Origin: Alphaproteobacteria bacterium
GTDB taxonomy: Bacteria; Pseudomonadota; Alphaproteobacteria; Bin95
Length of the DNA: 64,000 nt
Assembly (NCBI GenBank): GCA_022825195.1
Contig: JAJDYL010000218.1
Location: 25,029-89,028 of the forward strand
Direction: 5' to 3'
Positions within the stretch are counted from its first letter, which is position 1. Each line of letters starts with the position of its first letter. Below the pieces are notes generated by a model. It was not told the origin of the DNA. It saw only the letters and a program-made list of their open reading frames with translations, and searched no databases. This document shows, one piece after another, positions 12,862-22,793 of this stretch. Both the position numbers and the translations under genes were made by a program.

Positions 12862-15150
12862 TCAAGAGCGCAGCAGCAGACGGGCGGATGCTTCGAGAAT
12901 GGCGCCCGTGTCCAGTCCATGCGCCCGGTAAAGGTCCGGGATATCGCCCGATTGTCCGAAACTCGTTGTGCCCAGCGGCTCAACGCGATGTCCGGCAATC
13001 GACCCGAGCCATCCGAGCGCGCTCGGATGGCCGTCCAGAACCGTCACCAGACCGCCGCGGCGCGATATCGGCGCCAGCAGCCGCGCAGCGCGGCTCCGGT
13101 CGCCATGCGCCAGCCAATCGCCATGCAGCCGGTCGACCGAGGTAACCGCCAGCAGGCCCGCGTCCGGCAGGTCCTCGCGAATCAGCGCGAGAGCTGCCAG
13201 CGCTTCCGGCAGCACGGCGCCCATAGCGACGACGGCCAGTTCCGTCCCCTCGGCCGGCGGTTCGATCCAGTAGCCTCCGGCGATCACGGCCGGGACATCC
13301 AGCTCCCGCTCCGGCTGCTCCAGCGGCCGTGTCGACAGGCGCAGGTAAACCGAACCCCCGTCTTCGGCCTGCATGTGCGTGAAACTCCAGTGCATGATCG
13401 CGGCAAGCTCGTCCGCATAGGCTGGCTCGAACGCGGTGAGTCCCGGCTGGGCAAGACCGATACTGGGAGTAGACCCGGACTGGTGCGCGCCGCCTTCCGG
13501 GGCAAGTGTTATGCCCGAAGGCGTCGCTACGACCATGAAACGGGCATCCTGGTACGCCGCGTAATTCAGTGCGTCCAGGCCTCTGGCGATGAACGGGTCG
13601 TAAAGCGTTCCCACCGGGAAAAGGCGCTCGCCCGTCAACTCCGCTGAAAGGCCGAGAGCGGCAAGGCAAAGGAAAAGGTTGTTCTCCGCAATGCCGAGTT
13701 CGACATGCTGGCCGGTCGGGCCTTGAAGCCAGCGCTGGGCCGAAACGACATTCTCTTCCCGGAAGACATCCTCCACGACTTCGCGCGCGAAAATGCCGCG
13801 CCGGTTCACCCAGCCGCCGAGCCCCGTGGAAACCGTGACATCCGGCGAGGCGGTCACGATACGGTCCGCGAGCGGACCGCCTTCGCGGGCGATTTCGACC
13901 AGAATGCGCCCGAACGCCTCCTGGGTGGACATGCGCGCGCCGGCCGGCGCCTCCAGCCGGTCGGGCAGCACGACAGGCGGGGCTTCCCGGCGGCGGGGCG
14001 GACTGCAGAAGAAGGATGAGCCTTCAATGGCCGCGCGCAGCCGTTCCGGGGCGATATCCAGTCCGGCCTCGGGTTCCCACTCCTCGCCCGGCCGGATGCC
14101 CACGGATGCCCGGAACGCTTCCATCTGGCCCGGATTCATGAGTCCGGCGTGGTTGTCCTTGTGGCCCGCGAAGGGCAGGCCGTAGCCCTTGATCGTATAG
14201 GCGATGAAGCAGGTCGGGCGGTCGTCCTCGACGGCGGCGAACCCTTCGAGCACGGCAGCCATGTCCTGCCCGGCAAGATTGGTCATGAGGCCGTGCAGTT
14301 GGTCGTCGTCATGGCGCTTCAGCAGGCTGCGGATTCCGGCGAGATGGCCGAGGTCGTCCTCCAGCGCCTCTCTCCAGGCCGCTCCGCCCTTGTACACGAG
14401 GGCCGAGTAGCGGGAGTTCGGGCAATCGTCGATCCAGCGTTCCAGGGCCTTGCCGTCCCGTTTCCGGAAGGCCGCCTGAAGGCGTTTTCCGTATTTGAGC
14501 GTGTGGACCTGCCATCCCATCGCCCGGAAAATGCCGTCGAAGCGCCGGAAAAGGCGGTCGGTCACGACCGAATCCAAGCTCTGGCGATTGTAGTCGATGA
14601 TCCACCACAGATTGCGGACATCGTGCTTCCAGCCTTCGAGCATCGCCTCGAAGATATTGCCCTCGTCGATCTCGGCGTCGCCCATTACGGCCACCATACG
14701 TCCGGGCGGGCTGCCGTCCCCCAGCCCCTTCATGCGCACATAGTCCTGCATGATGGAGGCGAATGTGGTGATCCCTACCCCGAGTCCGACCGAGCCGGTC
14801 GAGAAATCGACATCATCGCTGTCCTTGGTACGCGAGGGGTAGCTCTGCGCGCCTCCGAAGGCGCGAAAGCGCTCCAGCTTCTCTCGCGACTGGCGCCCGA
14901 GCAGATACTGAATGGCGTGATAGACCGGGCTTGCATGGGGTTTAACCGCCACCCGGTCGCCGATCTCCAGCGTGTCGAAATAGAGCGCGGTGAGGATCGT
15001 AGCCGCCGAGGCGCTGGACGCCTGGTGCCCTCCGACCTTCAGCCCGTCCCGACTCTCGCGGAGGTGGTTGGCGTTGTGGATCATCCAGGAAGACAGCCAG
15101 AGCACTTTGCGCTCCAGCGCTTCGAGGGCGGTAAGGCGGTCCCGGTCCAT
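12862..15150 (-). CDS. AceE-like pyruvate dehydrogenase E1 / transketolase-family ThDP enzyme
   Basis: KVGGHQAS, FSTGSVGLG, GDAEIDEG..N ThDP motif, ELGIAE, EGGAHQS. Confidence 0.85.
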   Translation of the reverse strand: MDRDRLTALEALERKVLWLSSWMIHNANHLRESRDGLKVGGHQASSASAATILTALYFDTLEIGDRVAVKPHASPVYHAIQYLLGRQSREKLERFRAFGGAQSYPSRTKDSDDVDFSTGSVGLGVGITTFASIMQDYVRMKGLGDGSPPGRMVAVMGDAEIDEGNIFEAMLEGWKHDVRNLWWIIDYNRQSLDSVVTDRLFRRFDGIFRAMGWQVHTLKYGKRLQAAFRKRDGKALERWIDDCPNSRYSALVYKGGAAWREALEDDLGHLAGIRSLLKRHDDDQLHGLMTNLAGQDMAAVLEGFAAVEDDRPTCFIAYTIKGYGLPFAGHKDNHAGLMNPGQMEAFRASVGIRPGEEWEPEAGLDIAPERLRAAIEGSSFFCSPPRRREAPPVVLPDRLEAPAGARMSTQEAFGRILVEIAREGGPLADRIVTASPDVTVSTGLGGWVNRRGIFAREVVEDVFREENVVSAQRWLQGPTGQHVELGIAENNLFLCLAALGLSAELTGERLFPVGTLYDPFIARGLDALNYAAYQDARFMVVATPSGITLAPEGGAHQSGSTPSIGLAQPGLTAFEPAYADELAAIMHWSFTHMQAEDGGSVYLRLSTRPLEQPERELDVPAVIAGGYWIEPPAEGTELAVVAMGAVLPEALAALALIREDLPDAGLLAVTSVDRLHGDWLAHGDRSRAARLLAPISRRGGLVTVLDGHPSALGWLGSIAGHRVEPLGTTSFGQSGDIPDLYRAHGLDTGAILEASARLLLRS

Positions 15151-15204
15151 GCTTCTTTTCAAGCGCCATCCAGACTGGTTCAATCGTCACCGGGAGGAAA
15201 CGCC

Positions 15205-16065
15205 ATGGCCGTCACCTTCAGGCAACTGACCCCGGCATTCGGCGCCGAAGTCTCGGGCGTCGATATCGCCAAGGGAGTGAGCAACTCCGACTTTGCCGAA
15301 ATCGCACGCCTTTTCAACGATTATTCGGTTCTCGTGTTCCGGGGGCAGCATATCGACGACGCCCGGCAGATCGCCTTTTCCAGGCGTTTCGGGCCCCTGG
15401 AAGGCACGGTGCGCTCGAATGTCGGCGCGGGGTCCGAGATCGCCGTGATCTCCAATGTCGATCCGGAAACAGACGAGATCCTTCCGATAGAGGACTGGCG
15501 CAATGTGTACAACTCGGGCAACGAGATGTGGCACACGGACAGTTCCTTCAAGCGCGTGCCGGCAACGGCCTCGTTGCTTTCGGGGCGTGAAGTGCCTCCC
15601 GAGGAGGGCGAAACGGAATTCGCTACCGGCCGCGCTGCCTGGGACGATCTGGAGGACGCCCTCAAGGAGGAGTTGGACGGTCTGGTCGCCATCCATGACT
15701 TCGCCTATTCGCGCGGGCTGATACGCGGCGACCTTGTGGACGAGGCGCAACGCAGGGAAACGCCGCCGGTGCCCCAGGCCGTGGTTCGCCGCAACCCGGC
15801 GAACGGCCGCCGCAACATCTATGCCGGCGCCCACGCAAGTCATATCCGCGGGCGGGATATCGAGGAGAGCCGCGCCCTTTTGCGCAGCCTTACCGACCGC
15901 ATTGTGCAGGAGCGCTACACCTATACCCACAGCTGGAGGCAGGGCGACCTGGTCATGTGGGACAATCGCTGCTGCCTGCATCGCGGCCGCCCGTGGAACA
16001 AGGGAAAATACCGCCGGATGATGCACCGCACGACCGTGGCCGGAATCGGGCCCACCGCCGCGTGA
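15205..16065 (+). CDS. TauD/TfdA-family 2-oxoglutarate/Fe(II) dioxygenase
   Basis: WHTDSSF (HxD), GDLVMWDNRCCLHRG, MHRTTVAG; GGAGG RBS before ATG 15205. Confidence 0.92.
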   Translation: MAVTFRQLTPAFGAEVSGVDIAKGVSNSDFAEIARLFNDYSVLVFRGQHIDDARQIAFSRRFGPLEGTVRSNVGAGSEIAVISNVDPETDEILPIEDWRNVYNSGNEMWHTDSSFKRVPATASLLSGREVPPEEGETEFATGRAAWDDLEDALKEELDGLVAIHDFAYSRGLIRGDLVDEAQRRETPPVPQAVVRRNPANGRRNIYAGAHASHIRGRDIEESRALLRSLTDRIVQERYTYTHSWRQGDLVMWDNRCCLHRGRPWNKGKYRRMMHRTTVAGIGPTAA

Positions 16066-17234
16066 AGGGCGGCTGGGGCGTCGTCGGGGCAACCTTTGTC
16101 GTCCTGTTCGTCGGATTCGGTGCCGCCTATACCTTCTCGACCTTCTTTCCTTCGCTCGAGCGGGAGTTCGGCGCCACACGGGCCGAGACGAGCCTGGTCT
16201 TTTCGCTCGCGGCGTTTCTCTATTTCGGCTTCGGCGCCGTTTCCGGGCGGATCGCCGATGTCATGGGACCCCGCGAGTTGTGCATTGCCGGCATGGTCGT
16301 GGCCGGAGCCGGTCTCCTCTTCGCCGCGCAGGCAACGACGCTCTGGCAGGTTTGCCTCGGATACGGACTCGGCGTGGGTTTCGGGGTGGGGCTCGCCTAT
16401 GTGCCCGCGGTCGGCGCGGTGCAGCGTTGGTTTACCGCCCGGCGGGGCATGGCCTCCGGTTTCGCGGTTGCCGGCATCGGCGTCGGCACGCTTGCGGCGC
16501 CGCTCGTTGCCGTCGTCCTGATCGAGGCTGCAGGCTGGCGCTTCGCCTATCTGGCGCTGGCGCTGGGCGTGCTGGTGCTGGGGGGCGCCGCCGCGCACTT
16601 TGTAACCGCGCCGGGCGACGGACCGGTTTCCGGTCCCGCCCTGCCGGGTTTCACCGTCCGCGATGCGCTGTCGGGCCGCACATTCTGGATCCTCTACGCG
16701 GCCACCCTGGTACTGGCCTTCGGCATCTTCATTCCCTTCGTGCATGCGGTGCCCCACGCGCTCGATCGGGGTTTTTCCGTAGTCGAGGCGAACGCGCTGA
16801 TACCCATGGTCGGCATCGGCAGCACGATCGGACGGTTCCTGCTGGCTCCGGTGGCCGACCGCATCGGGCGCAAGCTATGCCTGTCGCTGCTTTACGCCGG
16901 CATGGGGGCCATGCTGGCGGCATGGATGCTGGTCGGGCCGTTCTGGCAGCTGGCGGCGGTCGCCGGCATTTTTGGGCTCTGCTACGGCGGCTTCGTTGCC
17001 TTGGCGCCGTCGGTAACGGCGGACCTGTTCGGGCTGCGCTCCGTCGGCGCGCTGATCGGGCTGCTCTATTCGAGCGTCGGCATCGGTACCCTGTTCGGCC
17101 CGCCGCTCGCCGGCCTCGCCTATGACGAGCTTGGCGGTTACGAGTGGCCCTTCTTCACGGTGGCCGTCTGCGCCGTCGCGGCAGCCTGCGCCATCGCCTT
17201 CATCCCGTCCGGCCGGCAGCCCCGTCGGGCTTGA
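16062..17234 (+). CDS. MFS transporter (monocarboxylate/OFA-like)
   Basis: About 12 hydrophobic segments, GRIADVMGPR and ADRIGRK MFS motifs, WF..RRGMASG; GTGA overlap with the dioxygenase gene. Confidence 0.88.
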   Translation: MKGGWGVVGATFVVLFVGFGAAYTFSTFFPSLEREFGATRAETSLVFSLAAFLYFGFGAVSGRIADVMGPRELCIAGMVVAGAGLLFAAQATTLWQVCLGYGLGVGFGVGLAYVPAVGAVQRWFTARRGMASGFAVAGIGVGTLAAPLVAVVLIEAAGWRFAYLALALGVLVLGGAAAHFVTAPGDGPVSGPALPGFTVRDALSGRTFWILYAATLVLAFGIFIPFVHAVPHALDRGFSVVEANALIPMVGIGSTIGRFLLAPVADRIGRKLCLSLLYAGMGAMLAAWMLVGPFWQLAAVAGIFGLCYGGFVALAPSVTADLFGLRSVGALIGLLYSSVGIGTLFGPPLAGLAYDELGGYEWPFFTVAVCAVAAACAIAFIPSGRQPRRA

Positions 17235-17340
17235 ACTCGGCCGGCCGCTTGCCGGATGCATCCGCAGCGGTATGCTCTGCGGCCCAAGGTCGAGCGCCGT
17301 TCGCGCCGGCCGGCCATTCGCCTGACGAAGACAAAAGCCC

Positions 17341-17670
17341 ATGGAAATGCGGGAAGCCAAGTTCGGAATCGGCCAGGTGGTGCGGCATCGCCGCTACCCG
17401 TTCCGGGGCGTGATCTTCGATGTCGATCCGACCTTTTCCAACACCGAGGAGTGGTGGGAATCGATCCCCGCCGATGTGCGCCCGCGGCGGGACCAGCCCT
17501 TCTACCACCTGCTCGCGGAGAACGCGGAGACTACCTATATCGCCTATGTCTCCGAGCAGAACCTCCTGGAAGACCGATCCGGCCGCCCCTGCCGGCATCC
17601 GCAGGTGGACGAGATGTTCGGCGATTACGAGGACGGCCACTACACGCCCCTGCCCCACTACAAGAACTGA
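17341..17670 (+). CDS. hspQ: Heat shock protein HspQ
   Basis: AKFGIGQVVRH..FRGVIFDVDP...QPFYHLLAE...AYVSEQNL. Confidence 0.92.
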   Translation: MEMREAKFGIGQVVRHRRYPFRGVIFDVDPTFSNTEEWWESIPADVRPRRDQPFYHLLAENAETTYIAYVSEQNLLEDRSGRPCRHPQVDEMFGDYEDGHYTPLPHYKN

Positions 17671-17691
17671 ACGCAACCGGAGGAAGCCGCC

Positions 17692-18903
17692 ATGGCGGAG
17701 CCTCTTCTCGCCGGCCTCAGGGTGCTCGATGTAGCCAGCTTCATCGCCGCGCCGGTGGCGGCCACCATGCTTGCCGACTTCGGCGCCGACGTCATCAAGG
17801 TCGAGCCGCCGACGGGCGATTCCTATCGCGGCCTGTCTGCCTTTCCCGGCTTTCCTTCGTCGGACGTGGACTATTCCTGGATGGTGGACAACCGCTCCAA
17901 GAGGGGGCTCGCGCTCGACCTGCGCCAGGAGGCGGGGCGCGCGGTCCTGCGCGAACTGGCATCGAAGGCCGATGTGTTCATCACCAACTATCCGCCTCGC
18001 GTGCGCGAACAACTGAAGCTCCGCTACGAGGACATCGCGCCGCTTAACGACCGGCTGATCTACGCCTCGCTGTCGGCCTATGGCGAGGCGGGGCCCGAAG
18101 CGGGCAAGACCGGTTTCGACTCGACGGCGCTCTGGGCGCGCACGGGGCTGATGGACCTTGTGAGGCCGGATCCCGAAGGATCGCCCGCCCGCTCGCTTCC
18201 CGGCATGGGCGACCATCCGACGGGCGTGGCGCTCTTTGCCGCGGTCATGACCGCTCTCTACCGCCGCCAGATCACCGGCAAGGGCGGCAAGGCGCATACC
18301 AACCTCATGGCGAACGGCGTGTGGTTCAACGCCTTTTATGCGCAGGCGGCGCTCTGCGGCCTCGACATCCCGACCCGGCCGAAGCGCGAAAACTGGGCGA
18401 CGGGCGTTGCCAATCACTATCGCTGCGCGGACGGGCGCTGGTTCATCCTGAGCCTTGTCAACGAGGACAAGCAGTGGCCGAACCTGCTGCGGGCACTGGG
18501 CCGGCCCGATCTCGGCACGGACCCGCGCTTCGCCGGGAAGCCGGCCCGGCACCGCCATGCGCGCGAACTGATCGCCATCCTGGACGAGGTCTTCGTCCGC
18601 GAGCCCTGGTCCGTATGGCGGGACCGGCTGGAAGCGGAGGGCCTGGCCTTCGGCGTGGTCGGCAGGACGGAGGACATTCCGGACGACCCGCAGATGCGGG
18701 CGGCGGAGGTCGTCGTGCCCCACGAGGATCCGTCCGGGCTTTCCAGCCACACGGTCGCCGCGCCCGTCTGGGTGGAGGGTTCGGAGAAAACGACGCCCCG
18801 CCCCGCGCCGGGAGCCGGCCAGCACACGGATGAAATCCTGGCGGAACTCGGCCGCACGCCGGAGGACATCGCCGCGCTCAGGGCGTGCGGCGCCGTCGCC
18901 TGA
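17692..18903 (+). CDS. Class III CoA transferase (CaiB/BaiF family)
   Basis: LADFGADVIKVEPPTGD, NRSKRGLALDL, GQHTDEIL. Confidence 0.92.
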   Translation: MAEPLLAGLRVLDVASFIAAPVAATMLADFGADVIKVEPPTGDSYRGLSAFPGFPSSDVDYSWMVDNRSKRGLALDLRQEAGRAVLRELASKADVFITNYPPRVREQLKLRYEDIAPLNDRLIYASLSAYGEAGPEAGKTGFDSTALWARTGLMDLVRPDPEGSPARSLPGMGDHPTGVALFAAVMTALYRRQITGKGGKAHTNLMANGVWFNAFYAQAALCGLDIPTRPKRENWATGVANHYRCADGRWFILSLVNEDKQWPNLLRALGRPDLGTDPRFAGKPARHRHARELIAILDEVFVREPWSVWRDRLEAEGLAFGVVGRTEDIPDDPQMRAAEVVVPHEDPSGLSSHTVAAPVWVEGSEKTTPRPAPGAGQHTDEILAELGRTPEDIAALRACGAVA

Positions 18904-19001
18904 ATCAGCCGGTCGCGCGGGGCGAGCGGCTTCCTCCTTCCCGCCGGAGACTTTCCGCCGTCACGCCGGATGGAGCGCAGCGGAAGTCCGGCCGGCCCCG
19001 A

Positions 19002-19355
19002 TTACGACAGGTCGGGCGCAAGACCCTTCAGACACGCCTGGGCCAGATCGCGGTCGGGCTCTTCGGAGCCGGGCATCGTGGCCCAGCCGGACTTCATGAC
19101 GGCATCGCGCCGCCTGTAGGTCGCGGTGTCCCGTATGACAGCAATTTTTGCCACACGCTCCGGGTCTTCACGGGACAATTCGAGGCAGACCGGAACCATC
19201 GCGGACATGACTTCGTCATGCGCCTTGTTCGTCGCCATCCTGTTGGCCTCGGAGCCGGTCACCCAACCGGCCCACGAAAATCCAACGAGGGCCACAAGCG
19301 CGCCGCCGACGGCAGCGCCGCAGATACCGGGTTTTGTCCAGCTGGGTAGTGTCAT
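19002..19355 (-). CDS. Conserved-looking hypothetical membrane-anchored protein
   Basis: N-terminal hydrophobic segment, GFSWAGWVTG and GWATMPG motifs, two Cys in the soluble part; AGGAG RBS. Confidence 0.75.
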   Translation of the reverse strand: MTLPSWTKPGICGAAVGGALVALVGFSWAGWVTGSEANRMATNKAHDEVMSAMVPVCLELSREDPERVAKIAVIRDTATYRRRDAVMKSGWATMPGSEEPDRDLAQACLKGLAPDLS

Positions 19356-19572
19356 ATCTAGTTCTCCTGCGGGCGGGTCCCCGCATTTTTTCCGAAGAAT
19401 TGTCGGGAAAGCGCCCGGTTGCGGCTCAAGGCCGGTTCCGGATCGCCTGGATGGAGCGAACGCATCTCAGTGCGTTCGGCATGGCCGGGTCGGCCGCTGC
19501 GCGAATGAATGATGGCTGTTCGACGATAGAAACGGAGGAGCGGATGCGGCGGCTGAATTCGTCGTGTGCATG

Positions 19573-19743
19573 TCGATCGTCAGCCCTCCGCGCAATCGGC
19601 GCCTTATCGAAACGCGATGTCTCGGATCTTCGTGGCGCCAGATCAGCGAATCGGCGGAGGTCATCGAACGCTCGGGCGCCATCCGACGACGTGATCAACT
19701 GACCATCGATGGGGAATACTATGCCTCGGATTGTAATTTTCAA
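19573..19743 (-). promoter_or_regulatory. Putative promoter plus structured RNA leader
   Basis: TTGAAA-N16-TAGTAT (19743-19716) followed by a ~137-nt folded element (19709-19573). Confidence 0.45.
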
Positions 19744-19882
19744 GCCGAAGACAGCATTTCATTTGAAATTCCGAGCACTCCCGTACCTAAAGGATTGATT
19801 CGGAAAAGAAGTTTAAAAGCCGATAGTCGCATGCGTTTTCGGTGACGGCCCGACGCCGGCGGGCGCCCTGCGCATATGCCGC

Positions 19883-21091
19883 ATGAGCGGGGACCGCCCG
19901 CCGGCGGTTGACCCGCTGCCGGCTCTGAACCAGTTTCCGTCCGGTTCTCCACAGGTCCGGTGCCCCGTGCTCGATCTTCCTGCATCCTCCCGCGTGGTCG
20001 TCGCCATGTCCGGCGGGGTGGACAGTTCCGTCACGGCGGCGCTGCTCGCGGAAGCGGGCTACGAGGTCGTCGGCGTCACGCTCCAGCTTTACGACCACGG
20101 CGCCGCGACCGGGCGCAAGGGCGCCTGCTGCGCCGGGCAGGACATCCACGACGCCCGCGCGGTCGCCGACCGGATCGGCATCGCGCATTACGTGCTCGAC
20201 TATGAGAGTCGGTTCCGCGCCGCCGTCATGGACGATTTCGCGGACAGCTACCTCGCCGGCGAAACGCCCCTGCCCTGCGTGCAGTGCAACCGGACGGTGA
20301 AATTCCGCGACCTGCTGGCGACGGCGCGGGACCTGGACGCGGACGCGCTCGCCACCGGCCACTATGTGCAGCGCCTGCCGGGCCCGGAACTGCACCGGGC
20401 CGCGGACAGCGGCAAGGACCAGAGCTATTTCCTGTTCGCGACCACCCGCGGGCAGCTCGATTTCCTGCGCTTCCCGCTCGGCGGCATGCCCAAGGACCGG
20501 GTGCGGCGGGAAGCCGCGCGGCTGGCCCTGCCGGTGGCCGAGAAGCCGGACAGCCAGGACATCTGCTTCGTGCCGGACGGGCGCTATGCCGACATCGTCG
20601 CCCGGCTGCGGCCCGGCGCGCTGGAGCCGGGCGAGATCGTGGACCGGGACGGGCGCGTGCTCGGCCGCCATGACGGCATCGTCCATTTCACCGTCGGCCA
20701 GCGGCGCGGGCTGGACCTCGGCAACGCCGCCGACGGGGAACGGCTTTATGTGCTGGCGCTCGATCCGGCCGGGCACAGGGTCGTCGTCGGCCCGCGCGAG
20801 GCGCTCGGACGCCGCCGGTTCCGGGTGCGCGGGGCCAACTGGCTCGGAGACGGCGACGGACCCGTGGACGGCCAGAGGGCGGAAGTCCGCATCCGGTCGA
20901 GCGCCGAGCCCAGGCCTGCAGCCCTCCATCCGCGCGGCGACCGGATCGAAGTCAGCTTCGATGAGCCGGAATACGGCATCGCCGCCGGGCAGGCCGCCGT
21001 CTTCTACGAGGGCGACCGGGTGCTCGGCGGCGGCTGGATCGTCCGGGAGCCGGCATCACACCCCGGATGCCCGGAAACGGCGACGAGATAA
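19883..21091 (+). CDS. mnmA: tRNA 2-thiouridylase MnmA
   Basis: [51 protein letters not shown]; true start may be GTG 19967. Confidence 0.95.
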   Translation: MSGDRPPAVDPLPALNQFPSGSPQVRCPVLDLPASSRVVVAMSGGVDSSVTAALLAEAGYEVVGVTLQLYDHGAATGRKGACCAGQDIHDARAVADRIGIAHYVLDYESRFRAAVMDDFADSYLAGETPLPCVQCNRTVKFRDLLATARDLDADALATGHYVQRLPGPELHRAADSGKDQSYFLFATTRGQLDFLRFPLGGMPKDRVRREAARLALPVAEKPDSQDICFVPDGRYADIVARLRPGALEPGEIVDRDGRVLGRHDGIVHFTVGQRRGLDLGNAADGERLYVLALDPAGHRVVVGPREALGRRRFRVRGANWLGDGDGPVDGQRAEVRIRSSAEPRPAALHPRGDRIEVSFDEPEYGIAAGQAAVFYEGDRVLGGGWIVREPASHPGCPETATR

Positions 21092-21135
21092 CGGGAGAGC
21101 GGCGAACAGGGCCTCCTTGTCTTCTGCGACCGCTT

Positions 21136-21816
21136 CTATTGCCAGTCCAGATCGATTCGCGGTGACGCTATTCGCTCCGCCATCCCGCGGAGCGCGGCGA
21201 CACGGGGTTTGTGGCCGGGAATTCCGCGTTCATGCGTTTCCGCAAAGATATAGGCGATGCGCTGCAGAAGATCGGGCTTCTCCAGAAGCGCTTCGAGCAA
21301 TTCGACCTCCGCCCCCTCGATGTCCATCTTCAGAATGCCGATATTCTCATCCAGTTCCTCAAGATAGCGGATGAAGTCGATCTGCCGGACCCGGACCGCT
21401 CCCTTTTCGGAGACGCTGCGCTTGCAGGCGAGAATGGAACTCGATTGCGAATAGCGGGCGGGGTTGCTGTCGAATCCGGCGCGCCGGTAAAGCAGCACCG
21501 TCCCGTCGCTCATACCCGCCGCCGCATTCTCCAACTGCACATTGTCCAGGGCGGCGACAGCAGCCCGAAGCATTTCATACGCCCAGGGGTCGGGTTCGAA
21601 GGCGATAACCCTGCTTGCCCCGGCCGCCATCTTTCGCGTCACGGCCCCTACATTCGCGCCCAGATCGATGCAGGTCGTCCCCGCAGTGCGGAGAAGAGCG
21701 TCTGCAAAACCCGTCTTCCGGGACTCCAGTATCGAGTATTTGCGGCCGTAATGCCGACCCAGGAAGCCCGGAAAGCGGCGCAGAATACCGTATTTCAGGC
21801 ACTTGCGTTCATTCAC
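21136..21816 (-). CDS. FkbM-family SAM-dependent methyltransferase
   Basis: IDLGANVG, AFEP, LKMDIEGAE, ETH motifs. Confidence 0.85.
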   Translation of the reverse strand: MNERKCLKYGILRRFPGFLGRHYGRKYSILESRKTGFADALLRTAGTTCIDLGANVGAVTRKMAAGASRVIAFEPDPWAYEMLRAAVAALDNVQLENAAAGMSDGTVLLYRRAGFDSNPARYSQSSSILACKRSVSEKGAVRVRQIDFIRYLEELDENIGILKMDIEGAEVELLEALLEKPDLLQRIAYIFAETHERGIPGHKPRVAALRGMAERIASPRIDLDWQ

Positions 21817-21849
21817 GGCCGCATTGCCCCCTCGCCGGGAGTTCGTCGT

Positions 21850-22626
21850 TCAGCGCTTGCGATTCGCCAGGCGCTCCAGCACCTCGGCGATCATGCGCTT
21901 CGGCTCGTCGGTCTCCATGGCGCGCACCAGGCTGCGGATGCCGGCCTGGATGGCATCGTTCACCGGCATCGCCTCCCACTCGCGGATCAGCTCCTTCTGG
22001 AGCCGGATGGCGCGCGGACCGCCCTCCAGAATTTGGCCGACCCAGTGCTCTACCGCATCGTCCAGTTCCCCGGCGGGCACCACCTTCTCGACCAGCCCCC
22101 AGGAGAGGGCCTCCGCCGCGTCGATATTCTCGCCGGTGTAGCAGAGCAGCTTCGCCCTGCCCCATCCGATGAGCTGCGGGAACAGCGCCGCCTCCACCAC
22201 CGACGGCAGGCCGACCTTGACCTCGGGCATGCCCAGCACCGCGTTGTCCGACGCAACCCGCATGTCGCAGGCCGCGGCGACTTCGAGTCCGGCGCCGAGG
22301 CAATAGCCGTTGATCCGCCCGATCACCGGCACCGGGCAGTCGCGGAGCGCCTTCGACATGGCGTGGATGCGGCTGATGAACGCACGGCCGGACACCGGGT
22401 CGAGACCGCCCAGCTCGCGCAGGTCCGCCCCGCCCATGAACGCCTTGGGGCCGTTGCCGGTCACCACAACCGCCCGGAGGCCGCTGCGCCCGGAAAACGC
22501 ATTCACGGCGTCGGCAAAGGCTTGCGCCGTCGCGCCGCTCAGGCAGTTGAGCCGGCGCTCATTGTCGATGGCGACGCGGGCCACGCCGCGCGCGTCGATA
22601 CTAGCTTCAACCAATCCTTCAGGCAT
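21850..22626 (-). CDS. Enoyl-CoA hydratase/isomerase (crotonase family)
   Basis: AFMGGADL, INGYCLGAGLEVAAACDMRVA, GMPEVKVG. Confidence 0.92.
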   Translation of the reverse strand: MPEGLVEASIDARGVARVAIDNERRLNCLSGATAQAFADAVNAFSGRSGLRAVVVTGNGPKAFMGGADLRELGGLDPVSGRAFISRIHAMSKALRDCPVPVIGRINGYCLGAGLEVAAACDMRVASDNAVLGMPEVKVGLPSVVEAALFPQLIGWGRAKLLCYTGENIDAAEALSWGLVEKVVPAGELDDAVEHWVGQILEGGPRAIRLQKELIREWEAMPVNDAIQAGIRSLVRAMETDEPKRMIAEVLERLANRKR

Positions 22627-22700
22627 GTCCCTCAAGCCCCTCTAGTACGCTGGAATTGAAGTGCGTTGTATTGCAAATCGGCTGTCCCGGCAGCCCCGTT

Positions 22701-22732
22701 CCGTCACGCCCGGACTTGTTCCGGGCATGACG
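22701..22732. repeat. CGTC-type palindromic REP-like element
   Basis: CCGTCACGCCCGGA-CTTGT-TCCGGGCATGACG; near-identical copy at 51654. Confidence 0.75.
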
Positions 22733-22793
22733 AGGAAAGGCATGACGGGAAGAGGGCCGGGGCGCCGCCGATAACCATTTTCCAAACGGACTC

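Noticed and set aside
19426-19743. 105-aa ORF upstream of the hypothetical gene
   Set aside because: Its TTG start coincides with the predicted -35 box, it has no RBS, and the sequence is better explained as promoter plus RNA structure.
22642-22680. Possible IS end fragment (CTAGTACGCTGGAATTGAAGT...)
   Set aside because: No partner inverted repeat, target duplication or transposase was found, so it cannot be supported.
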